From Bugula neritina (Eukaryota > Animalia > Bryozoa), in NCBI GenBank assembly GCA_964035545.1, contig CAXIUT010000250.1:1-23745 (forward strand): a DNA stretch of 23,745 bases, written 5' to 3'. Below are positions 1-11,982 of this stretch, one piece after another. Positions within the stretch are counted from its first letter, which is position 1. Each line of letters starts with the position of its first letter. Both the position numbers and the translations under genes were made by a program. The notes beneath the pieces were generated by a model. That model was not told the DNA's origin. It worked only from the letters and a program-made list of their open reading frames with translations, and did not search any database.

Positions 1-68
1 CCAACCCCAACCCCAACCCCAACCCCAACCCCAACCCCAACCCCAACCCCAACCCCAACCCCAACCCC
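1..68 (-). repeat. Left telomere, (CCCCAA)n = (TTGGGG)n on minus strand
   Basis: About 11 perfect C4A2 units at the window start; Tetrahymena-type telomeric repeat. Confidence 0.98.
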
Positions 69-249
69 TAAATGAATAATTATGCTTCAATACTATCTTG
101 TAATTAGTTTGTAGTAGAATACATTTTTATTATTATTATTATTATTTGGTTTTATTTGGTTTTAGCTTTTTACGAAATATGCTATGACGCTATCCGAATA
201 ATTGATCCTTTACTACGATATTTGAAACCATGCTCTTGCGAAGTCGCAT
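69..249 (-). CDS. Hypothetical protein, 5' fragment truncated by the left telomere
   Basis: ATG at 249: MRLRKSMVSNIVVKDQLFGERHSIFRKKLKPNKTKEEEEEEK; a (TAA)6 run reads as poly-Glu; no TGA before the telomere; possible 26-nt intron at 97..122. Confidence 0.5.
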
Positions 250-441
250 TTATAATTATATTTATATCAATTCTAATTAATAATAAATATCAAATAACAT
301 CATTTCAACGATTTCACTTATAAAGATTTTACTATTTTTAGTGATAAAGATTTTAATAGGTTTAAATGAAATAGGTTTTAATGAGTTTAAATAATTAGAA
401 GGTATAATAAATAAAGTTTCTAATAATCTATAGATTCTAAA

Positions 442-2246
442 ATGGGAAACAGCCATCAACTTTGTGACACAATAAATCGAACTAAATCAATCTAAGACAA
501 TGAAATATCTAACTAGAAAACAAGTTAATCAACTAATATAAATATAGAAAAAACAATATAAAGAATCTCATCTAAACCTATTTTTCATAAAGTTAACAAA
601 CTACATCTAGACCAATAATAGATGCCCTCATAAATATTCATGTCATAATAAGACTAAATTTAATCTGTTTAGTTTTAATAAAAAAGATCAACCATAGATA
701 ACCAACTAAAACTAAATAAAATCAGCTTCAAAATAGAATAATAAGAAGAATAGTATAGTAAAATATCTAGCACTATTCCTTCACTAGAATAAATATTTAT
801 ATAAGAATAACAAAAAAATTAACTCAGAAAAATCGGAGTCAAATGGCAATCCTTCATCAAAATTAAAAAAAAAAGCTACCTAGAAGATTACATATTTCTC
901 AAATAAATAGGAAAAGGAGCCTTTGGTTCAGTTGTCAAAATCAAAAGTAAATATGGAGGAATGCTAAGAGCAGCCAAAATAGTCAAATCATCCATACTTA
1001 CAACCTAAAAATCTAATATTAGTAAACTTTTTGCATAAATATCGCTACCCATGAGACTAGATCACCCAAATCTAGTAAAAGTCTATGAAGTATTCGACTA
1101 CGGAGGTCAATACGTCTTGATTATGTAACTATGTGAAGGAGGTGATCTTTTTAACTTCATTAAGCAAAGCAGGTATTTTTCATAGACAAAAGCAGCCAAA
1201 ATAATAAAGCAACTTCTACAAGCTGTAAACTACCTACATAAGCAAGGAATAACCCATCGAGACATAAAGCCTGAAAACATACTAGTCGACACTGAGAGTG
1301 AAACACTGAAGATAGCTGATTTTGGTTCTGCAACTGTTTTTGATCAGAATTCGATATTAACATCATTGGTTGGTACTTCATACTATATTGCTCCTGAAGT
1401 AATGAAGAAAAGCTACAATTATAAATGTGATATTTGGTCATGCGGAGTGATATTATTTATTTTACTGAGTGGGTCTCCACCCTATAATGGCAAAAACGAT
1501 CAGTAGATAATGTAAAAGATAAAGACAAAGCCACTAGATTTTAGAAGTAGTATTTTGTTAATTTAGATCCTATTTGGAAAAAAAGAAATAAAAATACAAA
1601 ATAGTTGGTAGTAAAAATGTTAACAAAAGATCCAAACCTAAGAATATCAGCATAATAAGCAATAAATAGTCAATGGCTCATAAACATCTAAAAAAACCAA
1701 TCAAAGAACAAGATGTAAGATATTGAGATAGAAGTAGTCCGCAACCTTGAAAACTTCCATTTCAAAAATAAACTCAAAGCAGTTGTATATACCTTCATAG
1801 CTTCTCAGTTATATTCAAACAGAGACAAAGATTACTTGCTAAAAGTCTTCAGAGAGATCGATAAAGATGGAGATGGTGTGATATAAAAAGAAGAACTGAT
1901 GTCTATATTTAACAGCCGTTCATCTTCGACACTAACATAGGGAGACATATAGAAGATACTGCAGTTGATTGATACAAATGGTTCAGGTCGGATAGATTTT
2001 ACATAGTTTTTGGTAGCAGCTAGTAATGAATAAAAGATGCTAGAATAGAAGAGACTATAAAATGCCTTTAATTATCTTGATGCTGATCATTCAGGGTTTA
2101 TAACAATGGAATAAGTGAAAGCATTTTTGGATGGCACTCAATAAACAGACGAGTAAATAAAGAAAATATTCTAAGAAGTCGATCAAAATGGAGACGGATA
2201 AATCAGCAAATAGTAATTTGTAGCCCTTTTAAGAAAAAGATAGTGA
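442..2246 (+). CDS. CDPK: Calcium-dependent protein kinase (kinase + 4 EF-hands), about 594 aa, intron 1547..1566
   Basis: MGNS start (possible myristoylation); IGKGAFGSV, AAK, LDHPN, HRDIKPEN, DFG, GTSYYIAPE, CDIWSCGVI; EF loops DKDGDGVIEKEE, DTNGSGRIDFTE, DADHSGFITMEE, DQNGDGEISKEE; TGA at 2244-2246; TAR read as Glu. Confidence 0.96.
1547..1566 (+). other. 20-nt spliceosomal intron
   Basis: gtagtattttgttaatttag; removal restores the frame and the DF-x4-W spacing (DFRNPIW). A 17-nt alternative from 1550 also keeps frame. Confidence 0.85.
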
Positions 2247-2397
2247 TATAATATTTATTGAATAAAATATTATATATATATAATTATATAGTTACATAGT
2301 ATAATAATCTAATAATCTAATTGATTAATTAGCTGTTTAAATTCGTTCTTAGTTGGTTTAAATAGAATGAATAGTAAAATATAGTAATGAATAGTGA

Positions 2398-3182
2398 TCA
2401 CTTTTGTCCAAATTCTGAATAATGAATATACTGCCCAGGTCCAGGATTATTTTATTTTCTAACACACCCTTTTGCAGATTTGCTAAACGACCTGACACGA
2501 CTATTTTCATTCTTAGAGTTAAAATATTTACCAGAAGGATGTAAGCTTTCATTGAAATCATACTGTCCAGGTCCTGGATTCTTATTCTATAAATTCAACT
2601 TCTTCGATGGCTTTATCTTGTAACCAGAACAATTACTCAAATTAGATAAAACATAACGACCACTATTATTCAATGAATCTGTTGAGTTGTAGTGCGCTGG
2701 ACCTGGATTCTTTGTATTCGAATAGGATGGCAATGGCAATTTAGAATATATAGTAAACCCATTTCCTTTTGATAAAGAATTTCTAGACTAGTAGTGGCCA
2801 GGCTAGGGAGTCTCAGATTTGTTAAATATGCCATTATATTTAATTTTCTAGATAGATTAGCTAGTACCTCTCGACCCAGTCCAAATTTAACACCACTTTT
2901 TCTCATAGATAGACTGCCTTAAACATTATATTTTTGTGGTGAAGGCGTATACGCATTGGGATTGATGAGGGCTACTTTAGTACCTTTTCCTATTCCAGAT
3001 GAAGGAGCTTTTCCCAAAGAAGAAGGAACTTTATAGAAGGAGTCACATCTAAATGATATAGTGAGTTACAAGACAAGTTTGTTGTTTTTGAAGCGAGTGT
3101 CTTTAGGAAAGGCAAAGGTAGATTTACTGTTGCTGTTGTTGGTTTGATGTTTTCGAGTTTGTTTCCATGATAGAGATTGCAT
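2398..3182 (-). CDS. Sperm-tail PG-rich (STPG/SHIPPO, ODF3-like) repeat protein, about 247 aa; introns 2848..2867 and probably 3049..3069
   Basis: Repeats TPSPQKY, TPEPGHY, NPGPAHY, NPGPGQY twice; ends SEFGQK-TGA; N-terminal FAFPKDTRF...CDSFY. Confidence 0.88.
2848..2867 (-). other. 20-nt spliceosomal intron
   Basis: gtactagctaatctatctag; needed to join the two PG-repeat reading frames. Confidence 0.85.
3049..3069 (-). other. Probable 21-nt in-frame intron
   Basis: gtaactcactatatcatttag; same form as the other introns but not required for frame. Confidence 0.6.
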
Positions 3183-3447
3183 TAGAAGAATGAAATTATC
3201 TTTCTATTATAAGAAGCTTAATATTTAAATAGTATTTCTTCTTATTTATCATATTCGTTTAAAACAAGTAATCAAATACAATTTTTTATTCTTTTATCAA
3301 TTTATATTCATATTTAATCAACTCAACTTAATAATCATCATATTTCATCAACTTAATAGTCAGCAAATATTCAATCATTGGAGATAGACCTTCGACATAA
3401 TGTCATAAATTTAGTTGATAAATAATTAAAATATATTTGTGTCTAAA

Positions 3448-6400
3448 TCACTGTCCTTTTCTGATTTGATTGAGATGTTTATAGCCAATAACAATTAACA
3501 CCATAGTGTGGATACTTGAAACAACCAAATACCATCTTTATTGATAAAATAGCCACCAAATAATAGTCGGAAGAGTCATCAATACCAACCCAAATACAGT
3601 AAAAACAAGATTACCTAACAGCCCGAATCCTAACAAAAATTTCATCGATTTCTACAATACCAAATAATACAATCGATTGATATTAGAAAAAATAGCATAT
3701 ATTCCATTATATATCGATTTCACTACCTCACTAACAGCCTTATAGACACCAACTATCACAGATCGAACAGAATTGTATAAAGCTATCAATGCGTGTTTGA
3801 TAAAGTTATATGTTTTTCTGATTGCTTCAGATACCTTCAAATATAGTGGCCTTACGACGTTTTAATAAATAAGAGTGGAATATTATACCACCAGACCTTT
3901 TGTTTTGCTACCCATCCAAGCTAGTTTACTGTAAATGATGTTGAAATAATATTTTATTTTTTATTTTATTTTGTTGAATATTTTCTTAATAAAACGACCA
4001 CATTTCTTGAAGAAGGTAGTTGTAGGATCTATAATTCTTTTTTTAAATATCTCATCCCTGATATATTTAAGTCCATTTACAAAATCATAATAAAGATCAA
4101 AAGGACATAAAGCTAGCCATCCATTTGCCCTTTGTAACCATTATATTCTTTCCACAGCGAAATAACCAAAACCATACATGTAAACCAACATCACTATCCT
4201 TACTCCTATCAAAGAATCCTACAACCAAAGTATATCAACAACTAAATTAAATACAACAAAGCCAGTTATTAAGATGAATAATATTAGAAATACTAAGAAT
4301 TGACCTTGTTTTTTCCTACGATTTTAGTTGACTCTTAAATATCTATGCGATTTTTGGATAATTTTTTCCAAGGGATTAAAGAAAAGCCAGTCGAGCCATG
4401 CTTACCACTATTGATGATAAACCTTAGGTCTTCTAACCTGATTCGTCAACCTCAAATACTCTTAATCTTAATTTTCAGACTGAGGCAGTTCGTTTTCAGG
4501 TCCATATCCTTCTGTTTCGTTATACTTGTAATATTTGAAGATATAGTCATAAGTTGTGGGTGATAATTTTTATTTCAAAAACACAGAAAGATCGACTCTC
4601 TATTCATAGACATTTTTAAAGAAATGCCTCATGATGATAGTATGATGAGATTCTATTTATTTTTTACCACCTGAATTTTACATAGAATAAGCCTCTCTAC
4701 ATCTTAGCTAGAACACTTCATTCACAAAGTTGTATTTACTAGCATATAGAGTTTACCATTTGGTAAACCATACTTATTCTCTCTGTGACATCTGATAGTT
4801 AAACTTATCTACCTGCCGTAATTTTATTATCTCATTCACTGTTAAATAAGAACATACGTTCAGATAGTTATAAAAACCCATCTTGTTGAGTAACTGTAAT
4901 TATTTTCCACTTTTTATTGTATTCTAGTATATTTTTTTGTTCATAGCTGCTGACTACTACTACTCTTTGACTTTTTTTGAAAAGTTTAAAAGTTATATAA
5001 CTAATAAATTCGCTCTAGGCCAGCCAAACAGACATGCTACTATGAAGTACGCTATATCACTTATGATAGAAACTAAGCTTTTGAGTTCCTTTAGAAGTTC
5101 ATTGAAATATCCATACTAAAGAAAGCCAATAATGAAATTAAGTCTGTAGTTTCTTCTGATTAAAAGTAGTGCTTTTCTGGTTTTAAATCCTGAAAACAGC
5201 AAGATAAGATTTAAAAAGATACAAGCGTAGTCTTTAAATATGTTTTTAAATAATTTAAGAAAAGCCTTTCTTTATCCACTATCCTCTCTAGTTTATTTGA
5301 TTGCTTTTAAAATGTAGTTTATTCTCCAAGGCATAGTTATAAACAACACAACAATCAAAATCAGATAGGGAACGTCAACTAAAGCCTCCTTCCAGATCTT
5401 GTGAACTTCATTCAAAATCAATTCTATAGTTCTTAACTAATCTGACTGACATTTTTTATCAATAATTTCTTTTATTGAAGGAACTTTGATACTTTTTAAT
5501 ATAAATTTCTTATAGACTATTAAAGTAGATAATTTATTACGTCTAAGGCAAGTTCTCAGATTTTTAATTCTAATCCAAGTCAAATAAATAAAGATTATTT
5601 AAGAATGAAGAAGATAAGAAAAAAAGTTATTAACTAGAATCACATTAAACAAGTAATTGACTTTAGCTTATTGATATTATGAAAAAGAATCAATTCCATT
5701 AGAACCATACTGAAAAATAGTTTATCTGATATAATTAAAATACATTTTTGGTGATAAAATCAAAGCTATTGTTTTGAAGGGAAGCAAAAGTATATCTTTT
5801 AACATTTGTTTATACATCTTGAATAATATTTTGAAAAAGTAATATTTATTTTTATGAAATAAATATATTTTGATAAAAGTAGGCAATCTCCATAAAGTCA
5901 AAGGCAGCATAAAAAGAAAACCAATCACAGTCAAAATAAAAGTAACTATCATAGCTATAAACTTCTATACATAAGTTTTTAATAACTAATACTGATACCA
6001 ATATTAGTTAGACAAAGCTGACATAGTATTACCTTTTTTAACTCTCTAATTTATCTTTACAATCGATCTCTTGAAAAGAAATATCTTTATAATCGATTGG
6101 AAAAGAATCAACTTTTAACATTTATAAGCTATTCTCCAAAATTTAGCATGCTGATCTTCAGAAGTAATATCTCCACTTGCGACCATCCTAGAATATATCT
6201 GCTAGTAATATTATCCCTTTGCTGATCCTTTTACATTCAATCGATAATATTCCTGATATAATTTAATCAATAAAGTAGGAGTTGTCGTTGGCTACAATTT
6301 GCAATCATAGATCGATAGTAAAGTTACTTTTGAGAGAAAGAATGCTGGTAAATGAAAAATATCTTTTCTCAAATTATTAAATGTTAAAGCAGTGTATTCA

Positions 6401-7926
6401 ATAATATGGCTTTCTTTGAGTACATAAGGCCAAGTAGGATCAATTCCTGGAGCAGAAGCCTTGTTTTTATTTAATCTATTGATACTCTAATTATATTTAT
6501 TTTATATATTAATGCCTGTTTCACAATAATTGCTCTTTATTTTTGAAGGATGATACAATAATAAAGGAATATTGGCAACTACAACTATAGGTAGTGCTAT
6601 AATTTCAATCACACATCTAAAAAGATACTCAAAAACATATTCTCTTTTAATTTAGTACTAGTCAGTCATGATATGAAGTATCCAACCTCCTCGCCAAGGA
6701 TTAAGTAGAGTCGCTATAGCAATCAAAGGGAAAAATATATAATCAGCTAATTGTTATTTAAAACATCTGAATGTAGAATATTCGACTATCAATTGATTCC
6801 TAGCTAAATACTATTTAGTAGAATATTCATCTTTCTTTTACCTAAATTTTTAAACAAGAAGTTCTCTTCTTTTATATTTGTACCAAAGTAAATGAATAAC
6901 TAAATTACAAATGAAATAAGGAAGTCTTATTGAACATTTTATCAAAAGAGATATAAATTATTAACCAAAAAGGTCCTACCTTTTATCATAGGATATCAAA
7001 AGCTTCATACATTAGTAACTTTATTTCCAACAAATAGGTAAAGTAATCAACTCAAGAATCAATTGAATTGTGTGTTTTGTTATGAATGAGAAATGATTAA
7101 GAGTAATTCTCCATTTAAGTTATGTTTAATTGATTTTTTTTAGATATAATTTTCTTTTAAAGTGTATCAAGTTAAAAGGTCCTAGAATAATTATAAATAA
7201 CAAATCAAGAGAGGTGAAAAGAAATGTTAAAGTTAGTAATACAAGAATATTTAACACATTCTTTTGATTTTTTTATTTCATATAATTTTACTGTTCAAGA
7301 TTGAACCTCCAAGGAAATATTCTGAAAAATATTTTTACATAAAAACATTAAATATAGAATATAATACTTGTTCTCACCAATTTGTAAATATGTTTGAGAA
7401 AATTATGATTAACATTAGGCAAATATTCATAATTGATCGTTTATTTTGCATTAACTACCAACAACACATTAATAGTTGCTAATAAAAGCCCAATAGCATC
7501 AATAAAGAAATCATAGCCTAGTTGAATATGTTCCAAAACGGATTTAAGTTTACTAAGATGATACTTCTAGATAAGAGAAAGATATCCTTTTCTCATCAGA
7601 ATTAGTAGCCCAGCAAGAGTAAGTATCATTCCGACCATTTGAACAATCAAACCATAGTCCCACATCTGAAGTAAAGCAAATATACAATAAAACTAAAAAC
7701 AAAATATGAAGAGTCCAAAGAATAACAGCACTACTTTAGGAATCCAACTCAGACAATATCTCATCAATGATGAACGATACTATTATGAAAAAAGAACATG
7801 ATCTACTCCGAATAAAAGGAAGTAATTGGGAAGATAAGTCAGGATAGATAGACCCTTTGTGAGATATTTTATTATTATGACAGGTATTTTTAGGATTTGA
7901 AGCAAGAGTAATTCTTGATCTGCCAT
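3448..7926 (-). CDS. Large multipass membrane protein with PWR-type helical repeats and an internal F-box-like motif, 1492 aa
   Basis: One TGA-free frame from ATG 7926 to TGA 3450-3448; many hydrophobic helices ending in PWR/LWR/KWR/WPR (PWR at 7314-7306, 6699-6691, 5331-5323); F-box-like NVCSYLTVNEIIKLRQVDKF...EEVW at 4899-4768. Confidence 0.88.
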
Positions 7927-8076
7927 ATAAAGATATGTTTATAAATCTTTTTGTAAGAAAATTATCAAAGAATTACATCTGAACTATATTTATTAATTTT
8001 AATAAAATCTTTAAATATTGAATATTATTTAATTTGATCTTATTGACGTGTATTATAGATATTATATTCGTTAAAT

Positions 8077-9294
8077 ATGAGAATAAAAGCCGTGAAAGAC
8101 TTATTAAATATTTTTAGATAAATAATAGACAGTGAAAAGGCAATCAATGTGGTCAAAATGGATCTCGTTAGGATGAATTCATTTTCAGATCGTTCTCTTT
8201 ATCAAAAAATAGCAAACAAATAGTCATTTATCACCATCAAAAGTATGATAAATTTTACAAATAATCGACTGGCATGTAACTAGAGGTAAATCTATGATAT
8301 ATTTTAACGATTCGATCATAAAAGATGCGGAAATATTATTTTTTAAGACTTTTCAAATTAACTTTATCCACCTAAAATTGAAAAGAAAAAGAAAAATAAG
8401 TAGCTAACTCGATAGATATAATCAAAATTTATAAGTTTGTTGTCTACCATGATAAGAAGTACAAGAGTTCTTGACACCTGGCGGCAATAATTATAGGCAA
8501 TGAACCCCTATATTTTATTTGATTAGATAAATAAAGCAAAAACAGGAATCATTAGTTCAAGATAGTTATTTTAATTTTTTTATGACAATGGAAAACAACT
8601 AAATAAATAAGATACAAATCTATTGAAAAAAAGTTTATTAAGAAAATACTATAAATAAATAACTCTAGAAGTTTTTTGTTAAAATTTGAAACCTCTAGAA
8701 TTTGGATATTATCAAGCCTATAAATATAACTACGAATAAATGAAAAATAAATAAATAATGTAAAAATAAACATTGTTAAAATAAACAGTTTAAGTTCAAT
8801 AGAATTTCATGAGATAAAGAAGAAATAAAGAAATAGTTGAAGCTGTCCATCTTTAAGCAGGATTAAATAGATAAAAATAATTATAACAAAGAATCAAAGA
8901 TGAATTAAGAGCATATCAAGAGTTAAAATATCTAACTAAAAAGAAATTTAATCCTTATTTGAAATATTAAGAGTTTTTGATAATGGAAAAATAAAATTAG
9001 GATATCAATCTTATCAAAATAAGGAAGAATATAGAAGAGGAGAAGTTAAAAGAATAGAATTATCGAAATAAGATAAGAAATATTGAAGCTATAGGTTAAG
9101 TATAAAAATTTTATCAAAGAAAAGATAAATATTTTGATCATAATATACATTTAGAACCAGAAATAAAGAAGAAAAATAATCAATAGTAGCTTTAAAAAAG
9201 AATAAAAAGTCATGCTTTTTCTGCATTAAATAGTGATGATTTTGTATTAAGAAAAAGAATATAAAGGCAAGCAAGAGTCAGAGGAATGATTTGA
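8077..9294 (+). CDS. EF-hand protein with C-terminal charged coiled coil, 405 aa
   Basis: Open ATG 8077 to TGA 9292-9294; IFERFDHKRCGNIIFEDFSNELYP and LFDEINKAKTGIISSRELFEF are degenerate EF-hands. Confidence 0.82.
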
Positions 9295-9556
9295 CTGCTA
9301 TTAACCATAGTACATTGTTTTATATTTGAACAAGTTAATTTAAATATAAGTAGGAAAAATAAGTAATTTAATATTTAATTAATTATTAAAAATAATTGAA
9401 ATGAAAATATAACTTATAAATAAAGGTTTAAAATATCCAATGTGATATTCATTATAATTATAATCAGTTTAATAGGTAATATATGCAATAGAATTCTGTG
9501 AAGAACATTTTTTAACTTTTTATCGTTTAAAAATCATTTCAGAGATTTTGGGGTAA

Positions 9557-9928
9557 TCACAGCCTTAACTTCATCTTTTACTCTTTGTTTATTTTGACAT
9601 TTAATCTCAACTTCTAAATCTTCTTTTTTGCAGGGTTTTCCATAATTATACGGCCTCGCTAAGCCTCATTCTTATTGAAAGTTTTTTGGCGTTCAAGTTT
9701 TGGGAGTGAGTAAACTTTTTTGATCCTTTCAACTGGTAGTTTATTCATCAAGTTGATATTGTGAAGATTCTATGGGTATTTTCTGTCAATGTTAGTGATA
9801 TGCTTGAACACAGAATGACTACCCAAACGATTTTGTTGAAGAGAATGAATGCTTTTAGACTATTTTTTGTTTAAATTACCAGGCAAGAAGAAAAGGTTAA
9901 TTCGACTATTCCCCATTTGATTCTTCAT
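9557..9928 (-). CDS. Hypothetical basic protein, about 123 aa
   Basis: ATG 9928 (in-frame upstream ATG at 10048) to TGA 9559-9557; GC above flanking DNA; no motif recognised; C-terminal frame uncertain. Confidence 0.5.
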
Positions 9929-10237
9929 TTTACTATTGATTAAAAAATAATATGGAAAAGAAAATACGCCTGATGTGTAAAAAAGAATCAAAACTAAACT
10001 AGTATTATCTTATCTAAAGGTATCTAAACATTTTAAGTGATTTTTCATTCAATTTAAAGATGTTATTCTCATTAATATATAAATATTAAAAATACTGACA
10101 AGTAAATATAAAATGACTTTTTTCTTAAAATCAAATTATTTCATTATATTGTTATCATTTCATGAATACCTGATACAATGGTCGTTAAATTAGATTTTGT
10201 TATAATAATTATCTATTGACTTATAATTTTATTGCTC

Positions 10238-11839
10238 ATGTAAGTTAGTATTCAGACTGATAGGAAAAAAAAACAGAATCCTCTCGGTATCGTCGCTCAC
10301 CCTCTCCCAGAAGTATAATAAGATGATTAAAAATAAAAGTTATTTTATATTTATCTTAGATAAAAAAGACTCAAAAGATTAACTCTCATCAATAGATAAC
10401 TCATTGATACTCTTAAAAGACAAAATGACGAACTAACTAAAAAGATAAATAAACAAAAACTAAAAGGAAAGCCATTTTAAAGGACCTAAATTCCTCAAAA
10501 AAATCAATAGAAATAAAAGAAATAACTTGCAAATGCCTACAAGCAAATTTAGATGTATAAAAATATATTAAAAGATTTGAAAGCAAAAGAAATATCAACA
10601 GATTCAATCGATAAGTAAAAATAAAATATTATCTAGACTTAATTTAATTGACAATAAAGTAAGAATAGAAGATAACGTGATAGATAATTTACAAAAGTAA
10701 TTAAAATATGTTAAAAATATCAAAGAACAACAATAAAGATAATTATATATAGTTGATAATAAATAAACTAAAAAATCTAATTCTTAATTAGAAGATTAAG
10801 TTAAACAACTCAAATAAAGTTAAAAATATCAAAAAAACAGACCAAAAAAAGATAATAACTTGCCATGAAACAACACGCATACTTTATCTAACTAGAAAAA
10901 ACATTAAGAAAACATAATGACTAACTCCTCTCAAATATAGCATAAAAAAGTAGAAAAACTAACATAGTACCCACTTCAACCTAAAATTAAGAAATATCTT
11001 AGAGATAGTGGCAAGTAGTGAGGACTCAATTATCAGAATTGAAAAAGAATCATGATTAAAGTAATAAAAAAATATAATATCTAGCTAGATTAAGAAATAA
11101 AGAAATAAAATCTTTTTAATAAAACTAAAGAAGAGTTAAAGAGAAGTTAAGAAAACTACAAGCTGTTAAAAATAAATTATCATAAGTGTCTAAATTAGTT
11201 GTAAAATAAAACGAAGGTAGAAAATCAAGAAGAAGCAGAAGTAGATCAAAATAACGTCAATCCTCTAAAATGGAATCAGGTTATTAAAATAAAAAAGGAA
11301 GCAATAAAAATTCATAAGATAACAGATAAATAAAAAAATGGAATATACCTCATGGATATATGCAAGAAAAAGGGAAAGTATTACCTGATTCGACTTTCTT
11401 TTCAGATAAAAATTAACTCAAACAAGCAAAAAAACATAAAATCATCAAAGTACAAGTCTGGTATGACAGTGCTGGTGCACCTTGTATCATGCAATGCCAC
11501 TATCAAACAGAATAAAACAAAATTATATCAGGATCTATCCCCTTTACACCCGGATAACTTCAATAGTATCAAGATAAAGTCGTTTAGTTCAAAGAAGGAG
11601 ACTACCTTGATACCATACTTGGTAGATTCAATGAAGGAATTATGACTGGACTTGTACTAATGTCAAAATTTGGACGAAAAATATCCTTTTGCTAGAACGC
11701 TCCAGGATAATAATTCAAATTCTCATGTCAACAAGGCTAGATTCCAACATGTTTTTATGGTGCTAGCATGCTCAACAATAGAGGGACAGTCAAGATGTGC
11801 ACATTGGATGCTAGTTCATAGCAGATTGGTGATGATTGA
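10238..11839 (+). CDS. Coiled-coil protein with C-terminal jacalin-like (beta-prism) domain; introns 10339..10359 (probable) and 10615..10636; apparent 1-nt frameshift near 10816-10818
   Basis: Long K/E heptad region, SR-rich linker, then FSD..KIIKVQVWYD..IMQCHY..G..VEFKEGDYLDTILGRF..MTGLVLMSKFGR..FKF..PTCFYG; TGA at 11837-11839 (11830-11832 if one G is missing at 11806). Confidence 0.75.
10615..10636 (+). other. 22-nt spliceosomal intron
   Basis: gtaaaaataaaatattatctag; removal avoids an in-frame TGA and continues the coiled coil. Confidence 0.78.
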
Positions 11840-11902
11840 TATTGAAATTAATGATGATAATAATAATTAAATATTACAAGATGATAGTTATGATATTCTT
11901 TA

Positions 11903-11982
11903 GGGGTTGGGGTTGGGGTTGGGTTGGGGGTTGGGGTTGGGGTTGGGTTGGGGTTGGGGTTGGGGTTGGGGTTGGGGTTGGG
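11903..11982 (+). repeat. Internal telomeric tract (GGGGTT)n, right end of segment A
   Basis: 80 bp, with two internal G3 variants and one G5 variant; ends TTGGG|T. Confidence 0.97.

Noticed and set aside
442-2246. TAR=Gln (table 6), split TAA=Lys/TAG=Glu code, or a pseudogene full of stops
   Set aside because: Both codons fall on invariant Glu positions, and all motifs and frames are intact
9295-9556. tRNA or other ncRNA in the longer AT-rich gaps (also 3183-3447 and 10050-10237)
   Set aside because: No cloverleaf, box motifs or convincing stems seen by eye; tRNAscan-SE or Infernal would be needed
10812-10818. Euplotes-type programmed frameshift at AAA TAA
   Set aside because: TAA is a sense codon here and AAA TAA occurs many times in frame with no shift; a homopolymer error is simpler
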